From assembly GCA_044225175.1 (NCBI GenBank), contig JBGAJA010000003.1, positions 197,428 through 261,427 on the forward strand: a stretch of DNA of 64,000 nucleotides. Reading direction: 5' to 3'. The notes below the pieces were generated by a model. The model was given only the letters and a program-made list of their open reading frames with translations. It was not told where the DNA came from and did no database searches. The position numbers and the translations under genes are program-made. Shown piece after piece: positions 53,775 to 63,234 of the stretch (the stretch's first letter is position 1; the number at the start of each line of letters is the position of its first letter). This stretch comes from Candidatus Omnitrophota bacterium. GTDB lineage: Bacteria; Omnitrophota; Gorgyraeia; Zapsychrales; Fredricksoniimonadaceae.

Positions 53775-54766
53775 TGAAAGAACGAATAAAAACACTTTGG
53801 ACATTTTTCTTACGTTTTGGATTAAGTGCGATTCTTCTAGGTTGGTTATTTAGTCGCATTGATTACAAACATACATGGGCTGTTGTCAAAGATGCTGACC
53901 ACAATTATTTATTAGCTGCTTTTTTTGTTTTTTTTACCACATGTGCGTTGATTCTGTGGCGATGGATCATTTTATTAAAAGCATTAAATTTAAAGTTTAC
54001 GCGTCTGACAGCTGCCCGTTGGTTTTTTGTGGGAATGTTTTTTAATTTATTTCTTCCCACTTCAATAGGGGGAGATGTTATTAAAGCTTTAGGGTTATCT
54101 TCCCAAACGGGACAAAAACCAAAAGTTTTTGCTTCCATTGTTTTAGATCGCTTAATTGGACTTCTTGGAATTGTATTAATTGCGTCTATTTCTTTTTTCT
54201 TTGGCCGCAAAATCATTGGAGATTCTTCCATAACGTTATCGATTATCACATTAGCTGGTGTAACAATGGTGATTGGTCTTGTTCTTTTTAGCAGTCGTGT
54301 TTTTTCTTTTGTGTGTAAGATCTTTAAAAAATTGCCAAAGGTCAAAGAAACTTTACTTAAATTACATGGTGACCTTATTTTGATGAGAGGAAAGCACAAG
54401 CAGTTCTTAGCGACCCTTAGTATTTCAATCCTTTCACAAATAGTTCTAGCGTATGATTTTTATCTGACGGCTTTAGGATTGCATCAAAAAATTCCTCTAG
54501 TCTATTTCATTGTGTTCTCTCCCTTAGTTTGTGTGGTGACCTCTTTGCCCTCTATTGGGGGTTTAGGAGTCAGAGAAATGGGCTGGGTTTATCTGCTATC
54601 TAAAATTGGCGTGTCACAGAATGTTGCGTTAGCGTTGAGTTTAATTAATTTTACTTTTATTGTGATAGTCGGTCTGATTGGAGGGATATGGTATGTCGCT
54701 TCATTTTCTTCTGGACGGCTACAACATCATCAAGCAAACGCCAGAGTTGAGTCACGGCACGCTTGA
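53774..54766 (+). CDS. Lysylphosphatidylglycerol-synthase TM / flippase-like membrane protein
   Basis: FFNLFLPTSIGGD, DRLIG and PSIGGLGVRE motifs. Confidence 0.85.
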   Translation: MKERIKTLWTFFLRFGLSAILLGWLFSRIDYKHTWAVVKDADHNYLLAAFFVFFTTCALILWRWIILLKALNLKFTRLTAARWFFVGMFFNLFLPTSIGGDVIKALGLSSQTGQKPKVFASIVLDRLIGLLGIVLIASISFFFGRKIIGDSSITLSIITLAGVTMVIGLVLFSSRVFSFVCKIFKKLPKVKETLLKLHGDLILMRGKHKQFLATLSISILSQIVLAYDFYLTALGLHQKIPLVYFIVFSPLVCVVTSLPSIGGLGVREMGWVYLLSKIGVSQNVALALSLINFTFIVIVGLIGGIWYVASFSSGRLQHHQANARVESRHA

Positions 54767-55178
54767 GAATCAGCGTCTTGCTCTTTTAAAATGGATCAGT
54801 CTTCATCAGCCCCAAGGGAATTCTAGTAATGCGGTGACAGTTGTTTTTGACGGGAAGGAAGATTTCTTTGGTCCTCAACTTATCGCAGGGATTAAAATTA
54901 TTTTTAGTTCGGGAGAATCTGCTGATGATGTGATTAAAAGGATTGTTGAAGAAACATCCAAGAAGAACTTTGTTATTGTAACGAATGATAAAGGAATCAA
55001 GTTGTATGTGAGGGCATTGGGAGTGCAGGTTTTAAGTGTTAGAGAGTTTATTGCTAAAAGACGTAAAAACTCAAGATCTTCTAATAATTCACAGAAAGCT
55101 TCAGATAAGAATATTTCAATGACGCAACAGAATAAAATAACCCAAGAGTTTGAGAAAATCTGGATTAAATCGAAATGA
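54693..55178 (+). CDS. NYN/YacP-like PIN-fold nuclease
   Basis: LLDGYN, VVFDG, SADDVI and VTND motifs; ATG 54693 after GGAGG. Confidence 0.85.
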   Translation: MSLHFLLDGYNIIKQTPELSHGTLENQRLALLKWISLHQPQGNSSNAVTVVFDGKEDFFGPQLIAGIKIIFSSGESADDVIKRIVEETSKKNFVIVTNDKGIKLYVRALGVQVLSVREFIAKRRKNSRSSNNSQKASDKNISMTQQNKITQEFEKIWIKSK

Positions 55179-55951
55179 TGAAACTTCCATTCGTCAAAAA
55201 TATAGCGATCACTCTTAAAGGTGTAGGGGAAGCTGTTTACTTTTTTGGTGATATTCTTAAAGTAATTTTTTCAGGGCGGGTGAGGTTTGATCAGGTTTTG
55301 CAGCAAATGTATTATCAGGGAGTTCAATCGGTTGTCATTATTATTTTGTCATCGATCGCCTCTGGTATGGTGCTAGGTTTGCAAGGTGCAATTACATTGC
55401 AGCGTTTTGGTGCACGTGAGTTTATAGCGCCTTTAGTGGCCCTTTCTTTGGTACGTGAACTAAGTCCTGTATTTACTTCATTTATCTATTCAGGAAAATC
55501 AGGAGCAGGTATTGCAGCTGAACTAGGGACTATGAACACACATGAACAAATTCAGGCGACCCGTGCATTAGGAGTTGATCCTATTGAGTTCTTAGTAGTA
55601 CCTAGGTTTTTGGCCTGTGTGCTGGTGCTTCCAATTTTGGTTGTCCTATCAGAATTGGTAGGGATATTTGGAGGTTATTTGGTGGCAATCTTTCGTGCAA
55701 ATTTGCCAGGGGCCATTTATATCAACCACACTATTCATTCGCTTAATTATGTAGATTTCGTAAGCGGTATGATCAAAACATTCTTTTTCTCGATTATCAT
55801 TGGATGGATTTGTTGCTATCAGGGATTTTTTACATCTGGGGGAGCTTTAGGAGTAGGTCGCTTTACCACCAGAGCGGTCGCATTTTCTTACTTGGCCGTC
55901 ATTCTTTCAAATACTTTATTAACCATGCTTATTTTAACAACCTGGGGCTAG
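55175..55951 (+). CDS. mlaE: MlaE family ABC permease
   Basis: VRELSPV, AELGTM and FLVVPRFLA motifs. Confidence 0.92.
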   Translation: MMKLPFVKNIAITLKGVGEAVYFFGDILKVIFSGRVRFDQVLQQMYYQGVQSVVIIILSSIASGMVLGLQGAITLQRFGAREFIAPLVALSLVRELSPVFTSFIYSGKSGAGIAAELGTMNTHEQIQATRALGVDPIEFLVVPRFLACVLVLPILVVLSELVGIFGGYLVAIFRANLPGAIYINHTIHSLNYVDFVSGMIKTFFFSIIIGWICCYQGFFTSGGALGVGRFTTRAVAFSYLAVILSNTLLTMLILTTWG

Positions 55952-55955
55952 CATT

Positions 55956-56300
55956 ATGCATAAAAAATTAATGATTACTCTTGGGACTATGGTTTGTGGT
56001 CTTTGGTTTTTTGGCTGTGCCCATACAGCAAGTCAAAATGAGGGCCAAGTTCAAAGTTACCCTGTCCCTGATGTTGAGGCAGGTTGGATTCGGGATGGCA
56101 AGCCGATCGAATTTGATGGAAAGATGTGGTATCCCGTCAACGATGTGGAAGTTTTGTTAGATAGTGAAGTGTATCAAGTCAGCGTATATAAGGGTATTCA
56201 AGTTTTTGTAGATAAAATTGATACAAAACCTTACAGACGGCTTTATACCAAATTCGGCAAGCATAAATTCCGTTACTTTGAAAAAAAAGATTATGATTAA
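55956..56300 (+). CDS. Hypothetical lipoprotein inside the mla operon
   Basis: Lipobox FFGC; overlaps the mlaF start. Confidence 0.7.
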   Translation: MHKKLMITLGTMVCGLWFFGCAHTASQNEGQVQSYPVPDVEAGWIRDGKPIEFDGKMWYPVNDVEVLLDSEVYQVSVYKGIQVFVDKIDTKPYRRLYTKFGKHKFRYFEKKDYD

Positions 56301-57021
56301 AGTCGAACATTTATCAAAAACATTGGGGGATCAAAAGGTTCTCAATGACATTAGCTTCGAGGTCGCAACAGGTGAAATTTTAGTTTTTTTGGGACCCAGC
56401 GGTACAGGAAAAACTGTGCTACTTAAACATTTGATAGGTCTTTTGATTCCTGACAGTGGCAGCATCATTATTGATGGCGAGGATATTACAAAATTCTCAC
56501 AGCGAGAGCAGTTGAAGATGCGAAGAAATTTCGGTTATCTTTTTCAAGAAGGTGCATTATATGACTTTATGAATGTTTTTGAAAATGTGGCTTTTCCCTT
56601 GAAAGAGCATACAGATTTAAAAATCGAAAAGATTAAAGAACGTGTGAGTGAAGTTTTAGAAATGGTGGATTTAAAAGGTGTAGAGGAAAAAGTCCCATCT
56701 GAACTTTCTGGAGGAATGAAAAAAAGAGTTGGATTGGCTCGAGCTATTGTTTTAAGGCCATCTATTCTTTTGTGTGATGAACCAACTTCTGGATTAGACC
56801 CGATAAGAAGTTATGATATTTCAAATTTGATCCATCAAGTTGTCAAAAAAATGGGTACTACTACTGTTATAATGTCCCATGATGTTGCAAATTCATTTAG
56901 AATCGCAGATAGAGTGGCGATTCTTAATAAAAGTCATATCGAAGTCATTGGCACAAAACAAGATTTAATAAGTTCAAAAAATCTTTTTGTTCAAGAATTC
57001 TTAAAACCATCGTTGGTATAA
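56293..57021 (+). CDS. mlaF: MlaF family ABC ATPase
   Basis: GPSGTGKT, LSGGMKKRVGLARA and DEPTSGLDP motifs. Confidence 0.92.
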   Translation: MIKVEHLSKTLGDQKVLNDISFEVATGEILVFLGPSGTGKTVLLKHLIGLLIPDSGSIIIDGEDITKFSQREQLKMRRNFGYLFQEGALYDFMNVFENVAFPLKEHTDLKIEKIKERVSEVLEMVDLKGVEEKVPSELSGGMKKRVGLARAIVLRPSILLCDEPTSGLDPIRSYDISNLIHQVVKKMGTTTVIMSHDVANSFRIADRVAILNKSHIEVIGTKQDLISSKNLFVQEFLKPSLV

Positions 57022-57022
57022 G

Positions 57023-57041
57023 TCTGCCTAAGGCAGGCAGG
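57023..57041. repeat. Short palindromic repeat, intergenic
   Basis: TCTGCCT-A-AGGCAGGCAGG; GC-rich island in AT-rich DNA. Confidence 0.5.
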
Positions 57042-57049
57042 GGAGAAAT

Positions 57050-57643
57050 ATGGAGGATCATAGTTCTTTAAAGAGGTTATTAGCGGGTTTGTTCTTTATT
57101 GTCGGTTTGGGATTAATCGTCATGATTATCTTTATCATTGGTTTTGATAAGGGATTAAGCCGGCCGAAGTTTCAAGTGATCGCTTTATTTAATGAAGTAG
57201 GTGGGTTGATTGAGGGGGCTCCTATTCGTATGTCGGGGGTCAATGTAGGTGTTGTGGGTAATATTGATTTTTTAGAACAGCCTATTGAGGATAGAAATTT
57301 GAAGGTCACGCTCAACATTTTTCAGAAATATGAATTTCAATTCCGTAAATGTTCCAGAATAGGTATTAAGACAGAAGGTGTTTTAGGCCAAAAGCTTGTT
57401 GAAATTACCGATGATCGCTCTCGCAAAATGTTTGACACAACTAAACCTATCATTGGTGAAGATCCTTTAAATGTCGAGGATATGGCAGGTGTGATTACTA
57501 GAACGGCCATTTCTATACAGGCAACCAGCGCTAACATCAGTGAAGTATTGGATGAATGGAAATATATTTCCAGAAAAACTAAACGAGTCATTAATCGTGT
57601 CGAAGATAAATTGGTTGAAGGTAATCTTTTTAAAATATTCTAA
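57050..57643 (+). CDS. mlaD: MlaD/MCE family protein
   Basis: FNEVGGLIEGAPIRMSGVNVGVV and EGVLGQKLVEI motifs. Confidence 0.9.
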   Translation: MEDHSSLKRLLAGLFFIVGLGLIVMIIFIIGFDKGLSRPKFQVIALFNEVGGLIEGAPIRMSGVNVGVVGNIDFLEQPIEDRNLKVTLNIFQKYEFQFRKCSRIGIKTEGVLGQKLVEITDDRSRKMFDTTKPIIGEDPLNVEDMAGVITRTAISIQATSANISEVLDEWKYISRKTKRVINRVEDKLVEGNLFKIF

Positions 57644-57652
57644 GGGGATTAT

Positions 57653-57946
57653 ATGTTTGTCATGGGAAATTTTGTAAGTGCATTAGCTTATTTGGTTAAT
57701 ATTGTTTTAATAGCTCTTTATTGGCTGGTGCTCATTAGAGCATTGATCAGCTGGGTTTCACCAGATCCTTTTAATCCGCTGGTTATTTTCTTACATCGTG
57801 TTACAGAGCCTATTTTGGAGCCTATTCGAAGATTATTGCCTCCAATGCCTATTGATTTGTCTCCTATCATTGCATTTTTTGCTATTATGTTTTTAAGAGA
57901 GTTCTTAGTCCGTACGCTTTATGATTTAGCTGCACGCATGCAGTAA
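57653..57946 (+). CDS. yggT: YggT family membrane protein
   Basis: IRALISWV, TEPILEPIRR and IDLSPI motifs. Confidence 0.92.
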   Translation: MFVMGNFVSALAYLVNIVLIALYWLVLIRALISWVSPDPFNPLVIFLHRVTEPILEPIRRLLPPMPIDLSPIIAFFAIMFLREFLVRTLYDLAARMQ

Positions 57947-58013
57947 AAAGGACTATTTGTTGCAAAGATTTATAGTTTATAGTATATAAATAAGTGTTTA
58001 AGAAAGGAAAATC

Positions 58014-58310
58014 ATGTTTGATAAAGTCAAAGAGCTTATGGAGCTCAAAAAGAAAGCTGATCAACTCAAAAAAGAACTAGAGGGGATCACCATTGAAGTT
58101 AATGATGTACGTCCTATCAAGATCAAGATCAATGGGGCCCAGATTTTTCAATCTATCGAAATTGATGAAAGCCTCTTAAGTGCCTCCCAAAAAAATCGTA
58201 TTCAAATGGATTTATTACGTAGTGTTAACAGCGCGGTTAAGAAGTCTCAACAAGCTGCGGCTAATAAAATGAAAAATATGCCAGGTTTAAATATTCCTGG
58301 ATTGTCTTAA
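58014..58310 (+). CDS. YbaB/EbfC family nucleoid-associated protein
   Basis: Fold pattern (IKINGAQ...IEID...DLLRSVNSA); 98 aa. Confidence 0.8.
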   Translation: MFDKVKELMELKKKADQLKKELEGITIEVNDVRPIKIKINGAQIFQSIEIDESLLSASQKNRIQMDLLRSVNSAVKKSQQAAANKMKNMPGLNIPGLS

Positions 58311-58329
58311 CCTTCGAAAGGAACAAGTT

Positions 58330-58560
58330 ATGCCATACGATGCAAGTTTAGATGCTTCAACATTCAAAGAAGTGCTCGATTTTGAAAATACACGTCTCAC
58401 CGTCGGTGTTTTCTCATACAATGGAGCTCCAAAGAAATTACAGATCAGTCGTGAAAATTTAATTGATGGTGCATGGAGTTATACAAAATTAGGTCGTATG
58501 AGCAAGGATGAAGCTATTGCTGTCGCTCCAATTTTGAAAAAAGCTATTGAAACAATGTAG
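58330..58560 (+). CDS. Small hypothetical protein (possibly PC4-like)
   Basis: AAGGA RBS; VGVFSYNGAPKKLQISREN. Confidence 0.7.
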   Translation: MPYDASLDASTFKEVLDFENTRLTVGVFSYNGAPKKLQISRENLIDGAWSYTKLGRMSKDEAIAVAPILKKAIETM

Positions 58561-58589
58561 TTTTTAAGGTGCAATGACGATCTTAAACT

Positions 58590-58624
58590 AAAGTTATCCC
58601 GCTAACAAAGCGGGATAACTTTTT
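58590..58624 (+). terminator. Intrinsic terminator immediately upstream of greA
   Basis: AAAGTTATCCCGCT-AACAA-AGCGGGATAACTTTTT. Confidence 0.8.
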
Positions 58625-58641
58625 ATAACTAAAGAGGAAAT

Positions 58642-59121
58642 ATGGGAAACGAAGTCTATTTAACTCGCAAAGGTTTTCAAAAATTACAAGAAAAGTTAGA
58701 AGCTTTAAAAACAACAGAGCGTCAGAAGATTGCAAAAGCAATTGGTGAGGCCAGAGCGCAGGGGGATATTTCTGAAAATGCTGAATATGACGCGGCTAAA
58801 GACGCTCAGGCTCATAATGAGGCGCGTATTGCGGATTTAGAAGGTCAATTGGTAAATGTGCGTATTATTGAAAATGAGAATATTCCTTCAGACAAGATTT
58901 ATATTGGTGCTATTGTGACGTTAGAAGATTTGGATAACGACGAAGAATTAACATATATGCTTGTTTCTCCGGAAGAGGCGAGTTACGAAGAAAACAAGAT
59001 TTCTATTTTTTCACCAATTGGAAAAGGTCTTTTGGGACATAAACCCGGTGAGACGGTTTCTATCAAAGTTCCAGCTGGAACGCTTAACTACAAAATCAAG
59101 AAACTTAAGCGTCCTTCTTAA
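58642..59121 (+). CDS. greA: Transcription elongation factor GreA
   Basis: GDISENAEYDAAK and ISIFSPIGKGLLG motifs. Confidence 0.96.
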   Translation: MGNEVYLTRKGFQKLQEKLEALKTTERQKIAKAIGEARAQGDISENAEYDAAKDAQAHNEARIADLEGQLVNVRIIENENIPSDKIYIGAIVTLEDLDNDEELTYMLVSPEEASYEENKISIFSPIGKGLLGHKPGETVSIKVPAGTLNYKIKKLKRPS

Positions 59122-60409
59122 AGAAGCTTATTCCCATCCATAGAAATACAGAAGGCATGAGTGCAAAGATAATACGATGCAGGGTATTATCCATCCACCA
59201 TTTGATATCATCGAAAAACATATTTGTCTGATAATAGGCAATTGTGACCATCAGATAGGCGGCCATAAAAAGACCTATAATTGCCAAAGGTTTTTGAAAA
59301 GCCTTTTTCCATCCTAATCCTATCCCCAAAGCAGCCAGCGCCCACAGCCCCATCCACTTAAGGCTCAAGAATTCAAAGAGGGTATAACTTAAAATAAAAA
59401 GAAATCTTGGGAAGGTTGATGGTTTTTCAGGTGAGAGAAGACCATTAATAAAGGCATCGCCATGAGGAGCCATGGTTAGTGTGAAAATAATCATAGGTAG
59501 GGCTGCAAGAAAGATTGTTCCAATGATTTTCCACAATTGAGATGGCTTCTCAATAAGAAGAAGGATGCATAAGATTCCTGCCGCTGCCAGGCCTTCATTT
59601 TTAGTAAATGAAAGAAGTCCTATAAAAATGGCTGATAAGATTAAGAATCGAAAGTCTCTAAGTTCAACAGAAAGCAGATAACAAACGAAAAAGCAAAGTA
59701 AGTAAAGACCAAAGAGAACATCGCTATATTGGCTTATAAATAAAGTATTTCCAAATGCCAAGGTAAATACCGCCCCTGTTATTAATGTCGAATAGAGGAT
59801 TGATACGCCCAAAGCTTGAAGTCCAAGGAGCAAAACTCCTGCTGTGACTAGTGTTAAGACGATAGCATTCAACATACAAACGTTTTGAGAGAATCCTGTC
59901 CATTGCCAAAACCAAACATTGAGAGTGGGTAAACCTAATGGGTATCCAGTATTACTACGCCATAAAATCGGACTAAACATGTCTTTCCAATGATGTTCCC
60001 CAAAATAGATAAATTTCGCTTTAAGGTTCCAGCAAGACCAAGCATCCCACCCCCCCATAGGATAATGACAAGCTTCAAACCATAGAGGAACAGCCAAAAC
60101 AGGCAATACCAGCAAAAAAGGTGTCAGACACCTTTTTTTGCTAAAACACTCTTCAAAAAGGTGTCTGACACCTTTTTGATTAAGCCAGATTAGGAGTCCT
60201 AAAAGTATGATGCTTACAAGGAGAGGTAAGAAGTGGTTGAAGTTATTGCCAACAAGTTGCAAATAAAAGATGATTTGGCTAACAAGACCAAATCCTAAAG
60301 CTGCACCTAAGAAGATTGATAATTGGTTTAACGGACGATTTTTAAGAACAAGACGCAGGCACAATGTCCCTAAGCACACGGCTATTAATAAAGCTATAAG
60401 ATACATCAT
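59105..60409 (-). CDS. Polytopic membrane protein (GT-C-like glycosyltransferase candidate)
   Basis: WDAWSCWNLKAK, YPLG and TKNEG motifs; many TMs; contains a palindromic insertion. Confidence 0.75.
   Translation of the reverse strand: MMYLIALLIAVCLGTLCLRLVLKNRPLNQLSIFLGAALGFGLVSQIIFYLQLVGNNFNHFLPLLVSIILLGLLIWLNQKGVRHLFEECFSKKRCLTPFLLVLPVLAVPLWFEACHYPMGGWDAWSCWNLKAKFIYFGEHHWKDMFSPILWRSNTGYPLGLPTLNVWFWQWTGFSQNVCMLNAIVLTLVTAGVLLLGLQALGVSILYSTLITGAVFTLAFGNTLFISQYSDVLFGLYLLCFFVCYLLSVELRDFRFLILSAIFIGLLSFTKNEGLAAAGILCILLLIEKPSQLWKIIGTIFLAALPMIIFTLTMAPHGDAFINGLLSPEKPSTFPRFLFILSYTLFEFLSLKWMGLWALAALGIGLGWKKAFQKPLAIIGLFMAAYLMVTIAYYQTNMFFDDIKWWMDNTLHRIIFALMPSVFLWMGISFFKKDA
60111..60179. repeat. Doublet of the AAAAAGGTGTC-W-GACACCTTTTT palindrome, in frame in the membrane protein
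   Basis: Two copies (centre A, then T) encode QKGVRHLF...KKRCLTPF; same element as 1094-1118. Confidence 0.85.
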
Positions 60410-60819
60410 GGCTGTAATCCTTGAGCTTTAGGATTAATGGCAATAATTACCCCAAAATTACTCGCTTTAACAGGTGTCATTCCAAGTTCTTTGATCTTTT
60501 CCATAGCAATTTGAGCAGTGGTGCAGTCGAAAATAACTACCGGATAGTCAGTATGATTTAAATCTAGTACTGTTGGGGCCAAGTGGTATTGAGCTTGTTC
60601 AAACTGTGCAATAGCGAGGGTGTTATTGAGATCTTTATCTGTATAGTAGCCAACTTTGGGCATTTTATTAAAGATTTGTTCTAAACCCTTAAACTGATCT
60701 CCCAGATTATGCAGTTGTAAATCTTTAGAATGCTGTTGGTGATGAATGACTTGAGTCGTCAATTGAATGACATTGATGGCAATTAAAATGAAGAATATCA
60801 ACACAAATACTTTATGCAT
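60406..60819 (-). CDS. Hypothetical membrane-anchored protein
   Basis: N-terminal TM; overlaps the start of the next minus-strand gene. Confidence 0.7.
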   Translation of the reverse strand: MHKVFVLIFFILIAINVIQLTTQVIHHQQHSKDLQLHNLGDQFKGLEQIFNKMPKVGYYTDKDLNNTLAIAQFEQAQYHLAPTVLDLNHTDYPVVIFDCTTAQIAMEKIKELGMTPVKASNFGVIIAINPKAQGLQP

Positions 60820-60925
60820 AGGGGGGATTCTACTGACTTAAAGATGGCAATGCAATAAAAATGATGTCTCTTAGATTGACGAACAAATCGTTTGCGACTC
60901 AGGTAAGTTTCAGTATAATTGGCCT

Positions 60926-61939
60926 ATGATTTCAATAGGCGTTATTGGATGCGGACATTGGGGACCTAACCATGTTCGTATTTTCTCACAACTTCCCAAT
61001 TCTCAAGTGTTGATGTGTGCTGATTTAGACGAGAAACGTCTAGCTGCCATGTCGTCGCTATACCCCCAGATTCAAACCGTTAAAGATTATCGAGAAATCC
61101 TTAAAAATCCTCAAATTGATGCAGTTATCATTGCTTTACCTACTAAATTTCACTATCAATTAACTCAAGAGGCTCTTGAAGCGGGCAAACATGTGCTTTG
61201 TGAAAAACCTCTTTCTTTATCTTCCCAAGAATGTTTAGAACTCAAAGAAATTGCTAATAAAAATAAAAAACTTCTCATGGTAGGGCACATTTTTGTCTTT
61301 AACCAAGGTGTTGTTAAGCTTCGTGAATATATTCAAAATGGTGATTTGGGAAACATTCATTATGCCAATTCTCAACGTACCAATTTAGGGCCTTTTCGTT
61401 ATGATGTAAATGCCCTATGGGACTTAGCTCCTCATGATATTTCTATTTTTAATTATCTGTTTAATGGTCCCCCATCTAGTGTATCTGCCAGAGGTCATAG
61501 GTGTCTGGGAGGTAAGCTTGAAGACTTAGCTTTTGCCACATTGGATTATCCAAACAATGTGATGGTGAACATTCATGTCAGTTGGATTGATCCTAAAAAG
61601 GTGCGCAATATCACGATAGTTGGAGATAAAAAGATGGTGGCTTGGGATGATTTGGATACTGAAGGCCCCATCAGACTTTACGATAAGCACGTCGAGAAGA
61701 CAGATATTTATTATGCAACATATGGTGAATTTCAACTCTTGTCTCGTGAAGGCGGCATTATGATTCCTAAGATTGGTGTTAATGAACCTTTAAAAAACCA
61801 AGCCCAATACTTTTTAGACTGCGTAGCCAATCAAAAAGAGCCAGCCATTGCCGATGCTCAAAAAGCCTATGATGTTGTGCACACTCTGGAAGCCATTAGT
61901 GAATCGATTAACCTTAAAGGTCAAATGGTGAAGATATGA
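60926..61939 (+). CDS. Gfo/Idh/MocA oxidoreductase (nucleotide-sugar dehydrogenase-like)
   Basis: [17 protein letters not shown] and DLAPHD motifs. Confidence 0.92.
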   Translation: MISIGVIGCGHWGPNHVRIFSQLPNSQVLMCADLDEKRLAAMSSLYPQIQTVKDYREILKNPQIDAVIIALPTKFHYQLTQEALEAGKHVLCEKPLSLSSQECLELKEIANKNKKLLMVGHIFVFNQGVVKLREYIQNGDLGNIHYANSQRTNLGPFRYDVNALWDLAPHDISIFNYLFNGPPSSVSARGHRCLGGKLEDLAFATLDYPNNVMVNIHVSWIDPKKVRNITIVGDKKMVAWDDLDTEGPIRLYDKHVEKTDIYYATYGEFQLLSREGGIMIPKIGVNEPLKNQAQYFLDCVANQKEPAIADAQKAYDVVHTLEAISESINLKGQMVKI

Positions 61940-62493
61940 GTTTCTTTAAACATGAACAGGCCCTAGTTAACTCTAAAGCTCAAATTGGTGATCAAACCCG
62001 TATTTGGGCCTTTGCTAATATTCAAGAAGGGGCTGTCATTGGGGAGCATTGCAATGTTTGTGATGGCTGCTTTATTGAAAGTGGCGCAATCATTGGTAAT
62101 CATGTAACCATTAAAAATGGAGTTGAGGTTTTTAATGGAGTCACTATTGAAGACGATGTTTTTCTTGGAGCCCATTCAACTTTTATTAATGACAAATACC
62201 CTCGAAGTAATCGTAAGGATTCCTGGGTCTTAGAAAAGACTCTTGTTAAAAAAGGTGCAACCATTGGAGCGAATGCCACGATCATGGGTGGAATTATAAT
62301 CGAAGAATATGCTGTTGTAGGAGCAGGTTCGGTTGTTACCAAAAATGTATTTCCTTACACAATCGTGGTAGGCAATCCTGCGAAACTGATTGGTTATGCA
62401 TGTGCCTGTGGACGAAAACTTAATGATGACCTTATCTGCAGCTGTGGATTAAGCTATGCAGTAGAAAAATTTCGATTAATTCCAAAGAAGTAA
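61936..62493 (+). CDS. Hexapeptide-repeat N-acetyltransferase (WbpD/WxcM-like)
   Basis: Left-handed beta-helix repeats; [19 protein letters not shown] and GNPA motifs. Confidence 0.9.
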   Translation: MSFFKHEQALVNSKAQIGDQTRIWAFANIQEGAVIGEHCNVCDGCFIESGAIIGNHVTIKNGVEVFNGVTIEDDVFLGAHSTFINDKYPRSNRKDSWVLEKTLVKKGATIGANATIMGGIIIEEYAVVGAGSVVTKNVFPYTIVVGNPAKLIGYACACGRKLNDDLICSCGLSYAVEKFRLIPKK

Positions 62494-62496
62494 TCT

Positions 62497-63234
62497 ATGC
62501 CCTCAAAAATTCTTGTTTGTCCAATCGCTTTTAATGAACATATTAAACTCCGTCGAGTGATTGAACGATTCTTGGAAAGTCGTATTCATGACAAGGTTGA
62601 TTATCTGATTGTGGATGATGGATCTGATGATGGTACGACTCAAATGATTGCTGAATACAAAAATCGCCGTGTGCAAACAATCAAGCATGCTCAAAGAAGC
62701 GGCGTTGGTGCTGCAATTAGGACAGCGATCAATCATGCCCGCAAAGAGAATTACGATATCATTGTAATCATGGCGGGAAATGATAAAGACAACCCTCAAG
62801 AGATCCCTTTTTTGATTGAACCAATTATTCATGAAGGATTCGATTTGGTCCAAGGATCCCGATATTTGGGAAAGGTAGGTTCCGGTGGGCAAATGCCCCT
62901 GTATCGAAAATTAGCGACTCGGCTGCATCCATGGGTATTTTCTGTATTTACAGGCCGACATTTGACAGACACCACCAATGGTTTTCGTGCGATTAAGCTT
63001 TCTATCTTGGATGATGAGAGAATTAATCTAAATCAGGACTGGTTGGACACATATGAGCTGGAACCTTATATCCTATGGAAGGTCATCACACTGAAGTACA
63101 AGTTCAAAGAAACATTTGTTACTAAGATTTATCCTCCTAAGAATTTGGGCGGCTATACCAAGATGATTCCGCTGATTAGCTGGTGGAGTATCCTTAAACC
63201 TTTGTTTTATTTAAGATTAGGAATTAAAAAATGA
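62497..63234 (+). CDS. Glycosyltransferase family 2 (DPM1-like)
   Basis: VDDGSDDGT, GVGAAI, GSRY and DTTNGFRA motifs. Confidence 0.9.
   Translation: MPSKILVCPIAFNEHIKLRRVIERFLESRIHDKVDYLIVDDGSDDGTTQMIAEYKNRRVQTIKHAQRSGVGAAIRTAINHARKENYDIIVIMAGNDKDNPQEIPFLIEPIIHEGFDLVQGSRYLGKVGSGGQMPLYRKLATRLHPWVFSVFTGRHLTDTTNGFRAIKLSILDDERINLNQDWLDTYELEPYILWKVITLKYKFKETFVTKIYPPKNLGGYTKMIPLISWWSILKPLFYLRLGIKK

Noticed and set aside
53905-54399. 164-aa minus-strand ORF, and similar ones such as 29247-29600 and 62503-62892
   Set aside because: Fully antisense to well-supported genes, with no recognisable motifs or RBS.
54693-54766. 74-nt overlap between the flippase-like gene and the NYN gene
   Set aside because: Most simply a drifted stop codon giving a hydrophilic tail; no sign of frameshifting or dual function.
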